A DNA stretch of 64,000 nucleotides. Origin: Lama glama (Eukaryota). This document shows, piece after piece, positions 37,126-48,827 of the stretch. Both the position numbers and the translations under genes were made by a program. Under the pieces are notes generated by a model, which was not told the DNA's origin, searched no databases, and worked only from the letters and a program-made list of their open reading frames with translations. Within the stretch, counting starts at the first letter, position 1. The number at the start of each line of letters is the position of its first letter. The DNA lies in NCBI GenBank assembly GCA_028534125.1, contig CM052829.1, forward strand, positions 3,782,001-3,846,000. The letters are read 5' to 3'.

Positions 37126-38109
37126 CTGAAGCAGGGCCAGGATACCATCTACAGTTCCGTGGCCCTCACTCAGGAGCTTGAGTGCAGCATCCTCCCATAG
37201 CATCAGAATCACCTCTTACAGGCTGATGGTCTGCAGGTCTTCTCGTGATTCTCCCTGCAATGCTATACTACCTGTCTCACCATGCTGAGTTGCCTTAAAG
37301 AGAAAACTGAATTACTAATCAATAGAAAGTAGCTAAGGCGTTACTAGCCTTACTGCTTTCTGAGCATAATATTTTGTCAAGGACCAAGGAGGAAGAGAAA
37401 AAAATAAACAGCTGAACTTCTAGCTCTCCTCAGGGTGCTGAAATTCAACTGTATCAATTATAGAGCAAATGCCAGGAAGGGATGAGAATTTTTTTTAATG
37501 AGCTCCTGACGTCTCAGCCAGGGGAAACTGACAATTTAAATAGAGTCAGTTTTGTGAGACAGCTAAGCTGGCAAAACACCTAAAAGGTTATCTACCAGGT
37601 TGTCAGCCAACACAGCTCCCCCAGACGGCTGGGCATAGCAGGAGAAGCCCCACTGGCCTCGAGAGGGCTGTCGCAGGGTTGGCCTCTTACAGCTCCCCCT
37701 GCAGCTCCCCAGAGGCTGAACATCTTAAATAAACTAATGTTGAAAACTACTGAACTCAGTGCCTGGCACGTAGCATGCAATCAGCATTAGCTGTGGTTAT
37801 TACTAACTCAAGAAGCTAGCAACATAGACCAGGTCATCCGAAAAATAAGAATAACAACATTTAGTCATAAGCCCAGGTTTTGAGCCACGTAGTTGTCAGA
37901 ACAGGGCATGGTGACTCTTTGTGGAATGTGAACAGTTATTTCACTTCTAAACAAAATTGTATTCCCTTTTTTTTTGATCATAAAAGTAGCAATAAACTCC
38001 CCTTGCAGTTCAGAGCACAAGTATTTTACGCTTTCTGTAGTAGGCTGCAGAAATGGCCAGAGTAAGTCCCCTTCCTGCACCTGTGCCCTTTGTACTGTGC
38101 GTCAGGCCC

Positions 38110-38460
38110 TCTCCCTCCCAGGTCAAGTGCAGTGTCTTCTCCCAGCCTTAGTCCGGCCTGGTTGCAGTATTTCTGAGATTCATCCTTAAGAGGCTTGTAT
38201 GCTTCACTTCCTCCCTGGGAAACTCGCTTCTGCCACGTGAGCAGGCTCCTCTGACCTGCCGAGGACATGAGCTCAGCTGTCCTAGCTGAGGAAGACCTGT
38301 GCCGGCCAACCTGCCAGTTAACCCTGCACACTTGGAAGAGTTCTAGGCTAGAAGAAGCACCCAGCTGAGTCCAGCCCAGTCCTGTAAGCTAAAGAAATGC
38401 TCATCTGCTTAAACCGCTAAGCTTTAGGATGGTCTGTTCTCCAATATGTGCTAACTGATC
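38110..38460 (+). mobile_element. MLT1 LTR fragment
   Basis: TGCCACGTGAGCA...CACCCAGCTGAGTCCAGCC...TTAAACCGCTAAGCTTTAGG. Confidence 0.6.
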
Positions 38461-38967
38461 TGTTCTCAGATTGAAAAAGGCAGTAAAACCGAGGTCACCT
38501 TCCATAGCAGGCTAGTCTGACGATGAGCCAGCACCTTACATATTGAGTGACAGATCAGCGCTACTAGACGCTGGCCAAGAATTGTCTCTTAATTTTAAAG
38601 GGACCCAAAAGCACATTTTGTTATTGACCTAGGTGTGTCAATTACTAGACTAGAGACAAAGAAGTTCTGAGAATGCTGGGTAGAGAAGCTGCAGATTTTT
38701 CCACTCAAAAGGCTTGGGTTTTCTCAGACATACTTCAAATTACTGTCATAGCTTGACAAGAACAGTGACACTGAACATAGTAACAAAAGAGGACACTAGG
38801 TTCATTGATTTGTAAAACTAAGACTTTTTGCATTTCTCAGTGTGCATTCCTTCCCCTTCAGAGGCACTGGGGATAAAATGAAGAATCAAATTAATAGGAA
38901 AACACAATACAGTTCTGCTTATTTAGTGATGTTTCTACTTTTATAGAATTTAACTCTAGGCATAGAG

Positions 38968-39505
38968 GGTATTCATTTGTTGAGGCTGCGTAACAAAGCA
39001 CCCCAGGTCCCTGGGAGCAAAACCTGAAGCCGTGTGCTCCCCACAGTCCACTGCACATGGTGAGGTGTCACTCCAGGACCTTGCTTCAGACGTGTAAGCT
39101 CTCCCCACTCATTAAATCACTGATGTCTCAAAACAAACACACAAACAAACAAAACAAAAAACATTGCACCACAGACTAGGGGACTTAAACAACAGACATT
39201 CGTTTTCTTGCAGTTCTGAAGAATAGAATTCCAAGACCAAGGTGTCAGCAGGGTCGGTTCCCTCTAGGGCCTCTCTCCTTGGCTTGTAGCCAGCTGTCTT
39301 CTGCCTGGGTCTTCACATCACACTCCATCTGTAAGTGTCTGTGTTCAAATTTGTTTTTCTAATGTAGACACCAGCACTGTTGGATGAGAGCCCATCCTAA
39401 CGACCTCACTTTAAATTACTACCTCGTTAAAGACTCTGTCTCCAAAACCGTCACATCCAGAGATACTGAGAGTGGAACTTCAACACGTCACTTCCGAGGG
39501 GCACA
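38968..39505 (-). mobile_element. MLT1A/B-type solo LTR interrupted by a retrocopy (39007-39159)
   Basis: GGCTGCGTAACAAAG...CTTAAACAACAGACATT...CAAGACCAAGGTGTCAGCAGGG...GACTCTGTCTCCAAA. Confidence 0.8.
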
Positions 39506-39749
39506 GGGCAAACTGACAAAGTAAATACGAAATGCAGAGCAAAACATGCTAAACAGAGTGAAGTGGTTTACAACCCCACAGGTTGAAACTATCGATGATT
39601 TTAGGTTCTAAGACAGGTAATTTCAATGCACGTTCTTTGTTCCACAAAGCAGAATACAATGACTCTTATTTTCCACATAAGACAAGAGAAAATAAACCCT
39701 GCAAGGACTTAAATAGACTTAGTAAAGAAGAATACGGTATCTTTTTAAA

Positions 39750-40950
39750 ATTTTTTGTATTTTTAAAATACGTTTATTTAGGTGTAATTTGCATACATTA
39801 AAATGTACCCATTCAAAACGTACAGTTTTATGACTCTTGAGTACACTGTACACCAGTGTGACTACCGCCACAATCAAGATACAGAACATCCCCATCATCG
39901 CAGAAGTCCCCGCGTGCTCCTTGGGGATCAGTCCCCTCCAGACTGGTGCCAAGAAACCACTGACCTAAGATTGCTTGCTCTAGACTTTCATGTAAATGGA
40001 ATCACACAGTGTGTGTTCTTTTGTGACGTGTCTACTCAAGCAGTTTGCTGCTTTTCTTTTTAATGGTGCTGTTGCAGGGAATTGTGACAGTTATTTACAT
40101 GTCTAAGCCCTTTGCAAGACGCATGTACTGTGAGTATTTCCCCCCAGTCTGTGACTTGCCTTTTTCATTTTCTTAAAAGTGTTTTTTGAAGAACAGGCGT
40201 TTTTAATGTTTATTAAGTTCCGTGTCTCAACTTCCTCTTTTATGGTTGTTTGTGTCCCTTCTAAATTATAAAGATTTTTCTCTTGTTATTTCTTCTAGAA
40301 GTTACATAGTTTTATTTTTCATAGTTAGGTCTATGACCCATTTTCAGTAACTTTTGTGAAAAGTATGAAGCTTTATGGGTCTATAGCTGTCCCAGTCCCA
40401 TTGTTGAGAGAACTGTCTTTTCCCCATTGAATTACCTTGACACCTTTGTGAAAAAAATCAATGATCATATCTGTGCGGGTCTATTTCTGGGCTCTCTACT
40501 CTGTTCTACAGACCCACATGTCTCTCTCTATACCAACACTGCACTATCTGAATTATTGCAGTTTTATAGTAAGCCTTAAAATTTGGTAATGTAAGCCCTA
40601 CAATTTAGGGTTTTTTCTTTTTAATGTCTTTTAGCAATTCTAGGTCCTTTGTGTTTTCATATATGTATTAGATCAGCATGATTTTAGAATCAATTTCTGT
40701 GAATAAGAAATCCCTGACAGCATTTTGTTTGAGGTTATGTTGAACCTTTAGATCGGTTTGGGGAGCGCTGACATCGTGAGAATATCAAGTCCTCTCATCT
40801 ATGATCGTGGTGTCTCTTTTCATTTAATTAGAACTACTTTAATTTCCTCAGCAATATTTTGTGGTTTTCCATGCGTGGATCTCACATGTTAGCATATTTG
40901 TTTCATTAATCTCTGAGTATTTTATGTTTTAGGATTATTAAGCAGCTTAA
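39750..40950 (-). mobile_element. Old L1 3' end and ORF2 fragment, antisense
   Basis: CCCCATTGAATTACCTTGACACCTTTG, GGGTCTATTTCTGGGCTCTCTA, TTTTATAGTAAG motifs. Confidence 0.8.
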
Positions 40951-41319
40951 ATGTCTTTGCTTGTTTTTCAACAGAGAAATCTGACTTAAAAACCTAGGAC
41001 AAAGGCAAACAAATCATGTCTATGCAGTTGGCAGGCTGGGCTCTGTGTAGCTGGCATTGTTCAAGCTACACTAGGCTGGGGTACCAAGATATCTGGTCTA
41101 CCTCTTATGGGGACCTAAGGTAAATCATAGATATTCTAGTTAGCACTGTCAGTCAGTTTGCTCATATTTATACTTGTGGAGACCTTACTATCTCTCAGGT
41201 AGTTATTTTACTTAAATAAATAAGACACAGGCTGGCCCTTGAAGAGCTTTAGGACCAGTGGAGAAGACACAGACATTAAAAACAGCACAGAGACGAGTAA
41301 ATAATGTGCTATGGGGTAG

Positions 41320-41775
41320 ATCAGACATGGTTGTGGATTCCTCACCACTCCTCTGATCAATAAGGGGAAATCTACCCCCCGCCATTGGCTCTGAGAGGCT
41401 CAGGGAGCCTGGCCAGCAGTGATATCACTCTGTCAGTTTCCAGGTTTAAATCCCCAGAGGAAGGTAACTCCCACTTCTGCCCCTTGGTCACTGCTGTTGG
41501 AACCCGGCTGTCATGCCACAGCACAACACAAGGAAAGCCATGGAGAGAGACATCTGGAGAAAGAAAAACAAGACTTGTGAGGAAGCCTCAGTTGAGATTC
41601 CAGCCACCAGCCCGCGTCCACCTGCCAGCCGTGTGGGCGAGGCGACCCTGGAAACGCGTTCCACGCTGCAGAGTAGAGACAACTTTCCTGCTGAGCTCTG
41701 TCCGAATCACAGAGCGTGGGCAAAGTAAATGACGCTATTGTTTTAACCCACACATTTTTGGCGAATAAATAACTA
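41320..41775 (+). mobile_element. MLT1 LTR
   Basis: CCTGCCAGCCGTGTG...CCTGCTGAGCTCTGTCCGAATCACAGA...TGTTTTAA tail. Confidence 0.55.
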
Positions 41776-42779
41776 GGGCAGCTATACATTTCTATGAAGG
41801 AAATACTCTGGAACCATGAGAGCAAATAATAGGGGGCATCTGACCTCTGAACATCTCTGAAGTTTTAACAAAAATGACTCTTATAAAGCAATAGGTATAT
41901 ATACACACATACACATATATGTATAATTTACTCTATTGAAAATAAAGACTCAGATTACAACACTATTAAGTAGACATTTGGAAAAATGTGTTTTTTGATA
42001 AATCAGAAATATTTGGGAATGTCTACATAAATCTAGATTGTTAGTTTGTTTTTCAAATACTTTTATACTCAGCCTTGTCCACTTTTTTTTTGGATCCATA
42101 ATATCCTAAGGATGTTATGGACTTTTATAGGTATAAATTTCCTGTTGCTGTATCTTATTTGTAAACAATAACTTTTTATTTTATACCTACACTTGTCTTG
42201 TTAAATTTTGTGGGTTTTTTTTTAAATGGCATTTCCATGGTCCATCTTCTCCCAGTCCTTTTCCCAAGAGATTATCTCTTGAAAGCAACCTGTTGTTGGA
42301 CATTAATTTTTGTAAACTGATCGTCTTTATCTTTTCATAGACTGACTTATTCTTTTGCTCTTGTTCTGATTAATACATTTGGTTTTGTGTTTTCCTCTGT
42401 CTCATTAAATAGGTAAGAGGTGTCCAGTTTTTCTTTTATTTCAAATAATCTCAGAAGAACTAGAAATGGTACATAACAACCTTTTAAGAGTCTATGATAC
42501 AAATTGCCATAGAAAATTGACTTAAGAACTGACGTGGATTTCCTATTAATCTCTAACTGATGTTTGTGAAGTTTTGTAGTTTAAAAAATGCTCTCATAAA
42601 TATTGTCCCTTCTTGTTCTTATTATCATTTTATCTCCATCTTGCACTTGATGATTTCAAGCTTTCAAGAGATTTGTTGACCTGTTAAAGTCACACAGCCA
42701 GTGGTAGTGAAGTGGAGAACCAAACGCTTTGTGAGGTTTTTTGTTTGTTTGTTTGTTTGTTTTTTAAAGAAAAGCCAGA

Positions 42780-44990
42780 ACACGCCCCTCTTTCCACGCT
42801 GTCCCCAGCCCTGCTGCTCCTGTGCTAGTGGCGCTCTCCCTCGGCGCACGCGGGGCCCCCGGTCCTTGGCTAAGACCTCAGCCCGTGGGAAAGGAGCGGC
42901 TTCAGCTCATCCCCCGCCTGGCTCGGCCGCTCACTCTCTCCCCCGCCTCAGAGTGGCTGCTGCCCCCAGAGAACGTCTTCTCCTGGGCTCCCGAGGGCCC
43001 TACGGTGTCTTCGAGCTCAGGTTCTAACTGTGTGCGTGGGTGCCTGTCCAGGCCCTTCCTGGGACCAGGTAAGCCGGTCTGTGTGGGGCGTGAGTCTAAC
43101 GCAAGAATACTGCCGGCCTCCAAGTGCGATCACTTCCTCCGCGGTCAGGTTTGGAAGTGATAAAGGCAATGTTCTGTTCTCCAGACCACCTAACTCCTTG
43201 GTTCAGCTTTCGGGCAGAAAACAGGTGTGTTATTTGAGGGGGACCCTCTTGAACCGTGAGGTGATGTTGGAAATAATCTGAATCCTCAAATGTAAATTTT
43301 GTGCAGTAAATGGCTCACAGTAACCTGGGGCGCCGGTACCACGGCTGTCGGGTCTGCAGTCACGGACGCTGGCTCTGGGGAGGTTTTCTCCACTGGTTCA
43401 GAAGTAGGTCAGCAAGAGCTCACAGTGACCGAAATAATTTGAGAGGAAGATTACATTTAAAAATAATCTTTAAAACAAAGGCAATCCATTAAGTCGGCTA
43501 AGCCATTTAAGGAAGCGCTTGGCGGATGAGACGTAACACCAGGGTATGAATACTCCGTAATGTCATCATCTCAACTTCTGTTTCAGGTCAGAATTTAAAA
43601 GTACAGAGCTCTCTGCAAGCGAAATGTATACATTTCAAAGGCAAAACACACTGCTACCTTGTCTTCCAGAACTCTACGTGCTTGCCACATTCCCTCTCTT
43701 AGAGAATAAATCCTCTGTGCTCAGGGTTCATGTCCGTACTTCGTGCTGCTCTGTAGTCGGTCCCAGCCGTTGCCGCCGGCTGCGTGTCTGTGGAAGGTGA
43801 GCCCTTGCGCCTTGCGGCCCCGCGCGGGGATGCGGGGACACCAGACTGCGTGAGTGTGCGGACTTCGCAGTCTGGTGGCGGAGGAGGGGCTTCCATTCCC
43901 TTCCCCGCAGAGGAGGGCGCAGGGGGCACTGGAGCCAAGCCCCGAAGAGCAGGCGAGAGGACGCGAGGGCAGAGCTGGACGGAGCCCGAGGGAAAGCCCC
44001 GTAGGTGAGAATGAACAACATCAATACGAGTCTGCAGAAGTTCCCCCCTGGTTTCCAATGCGACACAGCAAGCTGCGACAGAGGCTCTCGGTGCACGGAA
44101 GGGCTGCCCGAGCCGGGCGCGTGAGGCTGTGACGGGAACAGCGCAGGTGCGCTTGCGCGGAGCGCGGTGTCCGCGAGGGCCCGCGGAGGCCGGTAAGCGC
44201 CAAGCCAAGAGGCTCGGGCTGCGTGTCCTTCACGCAAGGAGCGCGCCACTGGGGGTCTTCGGGCAGAGCTGTGGACAAGAATCCGTGTTTTTCCCGCAAA
44301 AATAAATTAAGCAGCGTGAGTGCATGCAAATACGTCCGAGGTGAGAGCCCACAGGCAAAGCTACCTGCTTCTCTCAGGCCGTCGGCGCGGGTGCGGAATA
44401 CTTCAGTGGCATCGGATTGATGAGAAGAGGCTGCAAGGGAGGGACGGTATAGAAGGAAGTAAAGAAGAGTGAACAGTGGACAAGAGACCGGGCACGAGGG
44501 AGGAGCTGGCGACGGGAGAAGGGAGATGTCCCCTCTCTGAACGCATCACCAATGACTCACCTTCTCCCTCCTCAGCCCATGACTCACACAAACGCACGAA
44601 CAGTGGAAGAAGCAGCTCTGAATGTTCTTCCTAAATTAATTAAATAGCACTTTGGTCCCCAGTTTCAGGAGGCCCAAGGCTACTTGGCATCGTAACAGTT
44701 TGCAGAGGGGACGAAGCGCAGCGCCTTCCTGGGGAGCCGCAGTCACCTGCCGGCCCGGCGTGCAGCCCTCTCGGCAAGGGCTTGCCCGCAGGCCCGCCCT
44801 TTCCGCTTCAGTCTGTGTTTAAACAGAGCCAGCAAGAGAGTCAGGACACGCGCCGCACTGCCAGCTTCCCGGAGGAAGCGTCACGTGCTCTTTCGAGGTG
44901 TCCCCTGCTACCAGGTGCCTTCGGGTCAGACCCGCGTGGAGGAGGGACTCTGATCGAGTCCTAGTGCCGCGCCTCTCTGTGCAGATTTGT
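42780..44990. promoter_or_regulatory. Large composite CpG island, promoter/regulatory region
   Basis: CpG-dense blocks at 42780-43150, 43730-44400 and 44700-44990. NRF1-like TGCGCTTGCGC at 44148-44158, AP-1 TGACTCA at 44553 and 44580, and plus-strand donors CAG|GTAAGC (43069) and CCG|GTAAGC (44193). Confidence 0.8.
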
Positions 44991-45816
44991 CGGGCACATT
45001 TACCACTTGATAAAGCTGCCAGTTCATTTGTCACCACTGAGAGGCAAATGAGCTCATTATTTGTTTTCCAAAGTAGGCCAAACAAACTGCAACAAACAGC
45101 CATAGCACACGGACGGAATGCTAACCTAACCACTGCAAGTATTTTTCCTGTTTTAATGAAAAAGAGCCTCCGAGTAAAGGAACCTCCTGCAACTGTGCCA
45201 CGAGAAAGCAAAGTGAAGACCACAAGCCTGAAGCTGGCTGGCCAGCGCGAGAAGCCGCTTCCCGTCTGCTCATTCTGGCCACTGATTTCCATTTTTCTCG
45301 AGTCCCAACAGTGAATAATGGTAATCATTACTATTAATAACTGTGCGAGGTTAAAAAAAAAGCTATTATTATTAACGAGCTCACAGAGCATAGCCCTTGA
45401 GATCCAAAGAGGTTAAGTAACTGACAGCTCAAAGACTGTGGCACATTCTCTGATTTATTTTTAAAAAAACTGAAAGTTGGTGTTTAAATTTCTCCATCCT
45501 TTTGTCAGCTCACATCCCTTGTTACTTTCCTCCACGTTTCTAAAGACTCCTCACAAAAAAGAAAATTGCATTAGCTGCGTTTCCAAGAAAGCATGGAGGA
45601 AGTGACTCCGAAGTCCCCTTCATTTTGCTGTGACATTGGACTTGACGTCTAGAGGCAGCGTGCAGGTGCGGACCTAGAACAGTCTTGTTCTGAGCACCAG
45701 AGAATGTGAGGACGCATTACTTATGTCACAGACACCCTCCCTGAGTTCCTCTGAGGGCAGAATCATTCTGATAATAGCATGGGTGGTCCTTTTATCTTTG
45801 AAGGGACTGGCATAAA

Positions 45817-46097
45817 NNNNNNNNNNNNNNNNNNNNNNNNNNNNNNNNNNNNNNNNNNNNNNNNNNNNNNNNNNNNNNNNNNNNNNNNNNNNNNNNNNNN
45901 NNNNNNNNNNNNNNNNNNNNNNNNNNNNNNNNNNNNNNNNNNNNNNNNNNNNNNNNNNNNNNNNNNNNNNNNNNNNNNNNNNNNNNNNNNNNNNNNNNNN
46001 NNNNNNNNNNNNNNNNNNNNNNNNNNNNNNNNNNNNNNNNNNNNNNNNNNNNNNNNNNNNNNNNNNNNNNNNNNNNNNNNNNNNNNNNNNNNNNNNN
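45817..46097. other. Assembly gap (N run)
   Basis: Run of N. Confidence 1.
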
Positions 46098-48254
46098 GGC
46101 ACAGTGCCCAGTGGGAAAAGCACACCCCGTCCCACCAGAAGAAGACTTTCTGCACATGGGCCAGTGCTGTCTTTCTCTCTCCATTCAAGTGATGGAGGAG
46201 AATGATCCATGCTTTTGAAGAGCTTCATGGTACTGGGAACAAAAATGTTTTTAAAAGAAGCATTTTTTTATAAAGGAAAATAAGGTTCGCCTTTGAATAA
46301 CATTTTGGGATTTTTAACCCTCTCTTGGATGGGGATGAGGGGACAGGGTGTGAAAGACAAAGAAAATGGAGAGTTTTTCCTGATTTAGGCAATGATGAAT
46401 TGATATTTTTGTTAGCAATGAAAATATTAAAATCTTTTTGTTTTCTTTCTAGTGCTGAACATTTAATAGAAATTTATGTTATTTGTGTGTCCATAATTTT
46501 CTCATCTCCATAGCAAGCTCTTCTTCTTAAAATAGTTGACAATTTAGTTTATCTCAGACTTTTAGAACAATTACTTTCCATCTCGCAAGCATGATAGGGA
46601 TTAATGCATGACAATTCAACTAAAGCTTTGTTTTATCCCCAAGACTCATGAATCAAATAACAGAATGACTTTCTGTGGCCGTTCTTCGTGCAGCAGAGAA
46701 GGATGAAAGGAGCATTTGGCTCACGGACAATCTATCTGGAAGCCTCCAGCCCTCAGCAGACAGCGCACTCATCAGTAGGTGTCTGGACTCCAGTTGGGTG
46801 TGTGGGTGGCAGGCGCCGACACCTCACTTTGATGAAAGAGCCTGGCGCTGCCATTACCAAGGGTGACGTTTTAATAGCAATCAGACATACCACTCTTATC
46901 TGAAAAGTCACTCGGCAGCCATCAGCGGTGCATCACCTGCCTTGGGAGTACATATCAGACATCCTTTGTGCTGCAGCCAGTTATCCTTCCCTAGAATTGT
47001 GACCAAAATGCATGTTTTAGCATCTGGCGGCTGCTGACTTTGACCGAGCCTCTTGTCTGTTCTTATCTTGTCATAGGAACAAATTTCAAGCTTGTATATG
47101 GCGACAGCCCTCATCAATCACGGGCCTGCTCACTGGCTTTTGGTGCATGACGTTGCGTGAGGATCCACTCACAGAAGACTGGCTGGTGGGAGACGATGCC
47201 ACTCGGCAAGCAGAAGGAAAGAAAGGCTTTGCGGGGGAATACACACTTTTTGATGAAGCCGTCCAACTCTTGTGAAGCAGAAGAAGGCATGGGGATTTGG
47301 CACTTGTTGCTGAAGTGGGTGACCCAGAATTTGGGAGAGGATCAGAAATGCAAAATCAGTTTGTGATGGCTAGACCAAGGTCAAAGCACTAAAAGTATAC
47401 ATTTAATTGACTTATTAGTGCTAAATTCAGAGAATGAAGTAAGGAAAAGACGTAAGTATATTTGTTTTTCACTTGGAAAGGAATACAGATAATTTGGAAT
47501 GGAAGCCATATAGCAATTAAATTATCATGTCCTTCATAGAGAAGGCAAGAACATTTAAGTAAACAGGATATAAATAAAGCTGAAAAATCATGAGAAGTAA
47601 AATGAAGGAGAGTACGAATATCTAAAATCGTACCATCAACTGGAATTTCCTGAACACCTAGTAGGTTTAAAACATGACCCTAGGCCTCGACCAGGAAAAA
47701 TAATGTGAGAGGAAAACACAGCTTCCTTCCAAAGTCACTGAGTCCCAGCTGTGCTCTTATCAGAGCGAGCAGGGAATGACATCGCCCCCGAACTCAGGTT
47801 CCCTCATGTCATAGCTGAGAATGACGTTTAGCACTGGGGCCGTTGCGGGAATCAAAACAATCTATTAATCATTTATTTTATTAACTTAATAAAAACTTAT
47901 AGAGCTTCATCAGTGTATTTGGCTCTGTTCTAGGAATTTAGAATAACATGGTTAATAAAAGAGGCAAAACTCCCTGCCCTCAAAGGGCTTAAATTCTGGT
48001 AGAAAAGATGGACAGAAAACAACAGAAAGCAGTCCAATAAATGTGTTGTTGGCAGTGCATAGTGTTTAGTGCCGACATAAGCAGGTATCAGGAGATAGAA
48101 AATGTTGGGTAGGAGGAAATTTTATGTGGGGCAGCCGTGAAAAGCCTTACAGAAACTGAAATTCGGGTTAAAAAAAAAAAAAAGACGGAGGGTGAATCAT
48201 GCAGATATCTGGTGAAGAGTGTGGCAGGGCAATTAAAACAAAGGCTATGGAGAT

Positions 48255-48827
48255 TGGATGAAGAAGTTGTGGTATATTTACACAATGGAATACTATTCAG
48301 CCATAAAAAGAATAAAATAACGCCATTTGCAGCAACACGGATGGACCTGGAGATTGTCATACGAAGTGAAATAAGACAGAGAGAAAAGGAAAAGTACCAT
48401 ATGAGATCACTTGTATGTGGAATCTTAAAAAAAATTTAGACAAATGAACTTATTTACAAAACAGAAACAGACTCAGACATGGAAAACAAAATTGTGGTGA
48501 TCAGGGCAGGAAGGGGTGGTGTGGAAGGATAAATTGGGAGTCTGGGATTTGCAGATACTAACTACTATCTATAAAAGAGATAAACAGCAAGATAAACAGC
48601 TACTGTATAGCACAGGGATCTATATTCAATACCTTGTAATAGTGTATAATGAAAAAGAAAATGAGAAGGAATATATACACTATATATATATATAATATAT
48701 ATATATATATATAATATATATATGTAAATAAAACTGGATCACTATGCTGTACACCAGAAATTAACCCAAACCAATTATACTTCAATAAAAATAAAATAAA
48801 ATAAATAAAATAAATAAAATAAAATAA
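48255..48827 (+). mobile_element. Cetartiodactyl-type L1 3' end with a (TA)n tract and (AAAAT)n tail
   Basis: CAATGGAATACTATTCAGCCATAAAAAGAAT...GCAGCAACACGGATGGACCTGGAGATTGTCATA...TACTGTATAGCACAGGG. Confidence 0.9.

Larger units (their letters stand above)
1050..37283 (-). pseudogene. Candidate decayed multi-exon (unitary) pseudogene, possibly an RGS22/RGSL1-like multi-RGS-domain gene; may continue beyond the left edge of the window
   Basis: About 20 same-strand exon-sized unique segments, most with pyrimidine-tract AG acceptors and GT donors, several with lengths divisible by 3 (42, 54, 156, 177, 321 nt). Most are disrupted by stops or frameshifts. Peptide fragments are RGS-like, e.g. LFFAKLKRVVDSFLPWKMPPP, LQCVLHSD..NHGTKLFKRILEQHE, EKFHVFKDYLE, VLSVAQAFLL. 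Confidence 0.5.

Noticed and set aside
43699-45391. ORFs of 138-190 aa across the right-hand CpG island and its flank
   Set aside because: Same GC artefact, non-ATG starts, overlapping in several frames and with no protein-like motif.
45674-46228. ORFs full of X (also at 1649-2017)
   Set aside because: They are open only because they cross N gaps.
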